In this document: positions 14,323 to 16,100 of the stretch, piece by piece
How positions within the stretch are numbered: position 1 is the stretch's first letter
Layout: every line of letters begins with the position of its first letter
Assembly (NCBI GenBank): GCA_002763225.1
Contig: PFAI01000004.1
Location: 1 to 16,100 of the forward strand
Length of the DNA stretch: 16,100 nucleotides
From: Candidatus Diapherotrites archaeon CG10_big_fil_rev_8_21_14_0_10_31_34
GTDB lineage: Archaea > Iainarchaeota > Iainarchaeia > Iainarchaeales > 1-14-0-10-31-34
Direction: 5' to 3'
Made by a program: the position numbers and the translations under genes
The notes under the pieces: generated by a model
Told to the model about the DNA's origin: nothing
The model's database searches: none
Seen by the model: the letters and a program-made list of their open reading frames with translations, nothing else

Positions 14323-14781
14323 TCATAAATTTAAAGCAAAGTCTTTTATCTGGGAAATTTTTTTGTCGTTTAATCCAAGAAAAGAGGAAACAATGATTGA
14401 GTCTTTTACTTTGCCTCCGTGAAAAGAAACAATCCCTGAAGCTTTTTTTAATGCATTTCCATGCAATCCAACGCATCCAATAAAAATTGCTGCTTGTTTG
14501 CCTGAAACATTCTGACATTGCCTTAAATAATCATTCATTAAATGAGAAGAAGAAATTCCTATTACAGGAAAACCTAATACAACTAAGTCAAATGGTTTCC
14601 AGTCAGTTATTCCTGATTTAAGTTTAACTGGTTTTCCTTTGTTTCCTTTAGGCTGTTTTTTGTGTTTAATTACTTCAGTTAAATTAACTGAATAATTTTT
14701 TTCTTCTAATTGTTCTTTAATTATTTCAGCCAGTTTAATTGTTTCAGCTGAACCAACAAAAGAAATTAATGCTTTCTTCAT
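14323..14781 (-). CDS. Flavodoxin-like protein
   Basis: MKKALISF...TIKLAEII, 'FDLVVLGFPV', 'VSGKQAAIF' match the flavodoxin fold pattern; ATG 14781 is preferred over the track start 14823. Confidence 0.75.
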   Translation of the reverse strand: MKKALISFVGSAETIKLAEIIKEQLEEKNYSVNLTEVIKHKKQPKGNKGKPVKLKSGITDWKPFDLVVLGFPVIGISSSHLMNDYLRQCQNVSGKQAAIFIGCVGLHGNALKKASGIVSFHGGKVKDSIIVSSFLGLNDKKISQIKDFALNL

Positions 14782-14867
14782 ACACATAAACATAAACAAA
14801 AATGTATTTAAATAATCAAACAAAAAGCATTAATAAAAAGAAATACATTATATTTATGGTGAAAAAA

Positions 14868-15800
14868 ATGAAGAAATTGACTTTATTGCTTTTAGTGCTG
14901 ATGCTTGGACTGGTTTCTGCTGCAGAAATTAATGCTCCAAAAGAGATTCCGGCTAACTTAAACTGGAGTTTTAGCGTTGATTTAAATCCTTCAAATGAAT
15001 TCACTGAAACAGAAATTTATTTTGATGATTTGCTGATAGTTACAGCATACAATGATAAAACACCAATAATTGAAGAAGACTTTGTTTTGAAAGCATTTTT
15101 GTTTGATAAACAACCTGAAGATAACACAGGGTTAACTGTATTTATTTCTTATTTTGGAATACAGGAAGGAAGTCATTCAATTAAAACAAAAACTTTTAAT
15201 CAAGGAAATTTAACTGAAGAAAAAGAATTTGAAGTAAAGTCAGTGGACACAATTACTGCAATACAGGAAATGCCTGAAACATTCAAAGAAGATGTAGGCA
15301 TTTTAATGAAAGAAATAATAAACAAAATAAATGACAGCAAACAGGAATTAGATTTATTAAAGAGTTCCACTGAACAAAATGTGCAGGAAAAAACCAGTGT
15401 ATTAGAACAGGAAATAACTGAATTAGAAAACGCTTTAAATGAATTAAATAAATTAAAAGAAGAAACAGAAAAACAAAATGAATTAACAGAACAAAACAAA
15501 AACTCAGTTACAGCAGCTGAAAACAAAACACAAGAAAATAGTGCTTTAACCGGTTTCTATGATTTTTCTGTAAACCATGCGTGGATGGGAGCAGTTTTTT
15601 TGATTGTTCTTTTGGTTTTGCTTGCTTTATTTCAGGTTTATAAAATGAAATCAAACCAGACTGTTTTTGAAGAAGTTTTAAGCGACAAAGACTTAGACAA
15701 AGAATTTGAAGACGAAACTTCTCTGGAAGATGTTGAAGAAGAAAGCAAACCAAAAAGAAAAGGGAAAAAATTCAGCATCAGAGATTTATTAAAACACTAA
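14868..15800 (+). CDS. Secreted, C-terminally membrane-anchored hypothetical protein with a coiled-coil stalk
   Basis: GGTGA SD at 14858-14862, signal peptide MKKLTLLLLVLMLGLVSA, beta-rich domain, E/K/Q coiled coil, 'ALTGFY' followed by a TM helix and an acidic-then-basic tail. Confidence 0.8.
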   Translation: MKKLTLLLLVLMLGLVSAAEINAPKEIPANLNWSFSVDLNPSNEFTETEIYFDDLLIVTAYNDKTPIIEEDFVLKAFLFDKQPEDNTGLTVFISYFGIQEGSHSIKTKTFNQGNLTEEKEFEVKSVDTITAIQEMPETFKEDVGILMKEIINKINDSKQELDLLKSSTEQNVQEKTSVLEQEITELENALNELNKLKEETEKQNELTEQNKNSVTAAENKTQENSALTGFYDFSVNHAWMGAVFLIVLLVLLALFQVYKMKSNQTVFEEVLSDKDLDKEFEDETSLEDVEEESKPKRKGKKFSIRDLLKH

Positions 15801-15884
15801 AAAAAATCTGAAAAAAAACAAATAATTCGTAACATTTAAATATCAGAAGAGTTTACTATATACAGCCTTTTGTTGTGAAGAATT

Positions 15885-16100
15885 ATGAAAATGAAATATT
15901 GCCCTGAATGCGGTTCAATTCAGTTACAGTGTTATGATAACAGATTAAAATGCAAGAAATGCAGTTATAATGGTTTAATGAAAGAAGATTCCATTGATGT
16001 AATTAATTCTTTTGTTACAGCAAAAAAAAGACAGCCAGCTGATTCTAATTCAACTTCTGTTTTTATTCCAAAAAGTGTTTCTCAAAGCATTCCCCAAAAA
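15885..16100 (+). CDS. CPxCG zinc-ribbon protein; partial, runs off the window
   Basis: Manual translation MKMKYCPECGSIQLQCYDNRLKCKKCSYNGLMKEDSIDVINSF...; two CxxC pairs; TTTAAATA at 15835-15842. Confidence 0.7.
   Translation, partial: MKMKYCPECGSIQLQCYDNRLKCKKCSYNGLMKEDSIDVINSFVTAKKRQPADSNSTSVFIPKSVSQSIPQK

Noticed and set aside
690..15753. Short antisense or overlapping ORFs in the track (e.g. 690-920, 2344-2562, 4099-4481, 4904-5263, 6778-6984, 7734-7952, 11536-11940, 15200-15753)
   Set aside because: Shadow frames of better-supported genes, with compositions expected from the antisense strand.

Overview
Very AT-rich archaeal chromosomal segment; a DPANN-type lineage is inferred from the archaeal AlaRS, archaeal-type RNase P RNA, GAGGTG/GGTGA SD sites and leaderless TATA-driven genes. 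It carries two lipoprotein genes, rnpB, a basic orphan ORF, alaS, a long RelA/SpoT homologue with an intact hydrolase but an apparently dead synthetase, argS, an ABC-2 exporter pair, a 30-aa membrane peptide, a Fic gene in a 1.15-kb integrase-less island at the 3' end of tRNA-Arg(UCU), a PD-(D/E)xK-like protein, a flavodoxin-like protein, a membrane-anchored surface protein and a partial zinc-ribbon gene. The most striking signal is non-coding. A dispersed family of T/A-tract hairpins with a CAAAA/GAAAA tail occurs about 11 times, and forms inward-facing doublets inside both the tRNA-Arg anticodon loop (138-nt insert with inverted termini and a TTA direct repeat) and the P19 region of RNase P RNA. 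A second family of GA-GC-NNA-GC-GAA mini-hairpins shows compensatory changes. These repeats cluster beside three separate direct-repeat-bounded insertions (24, 15 and 70 bp). All calls were made by eye, with no database searches.
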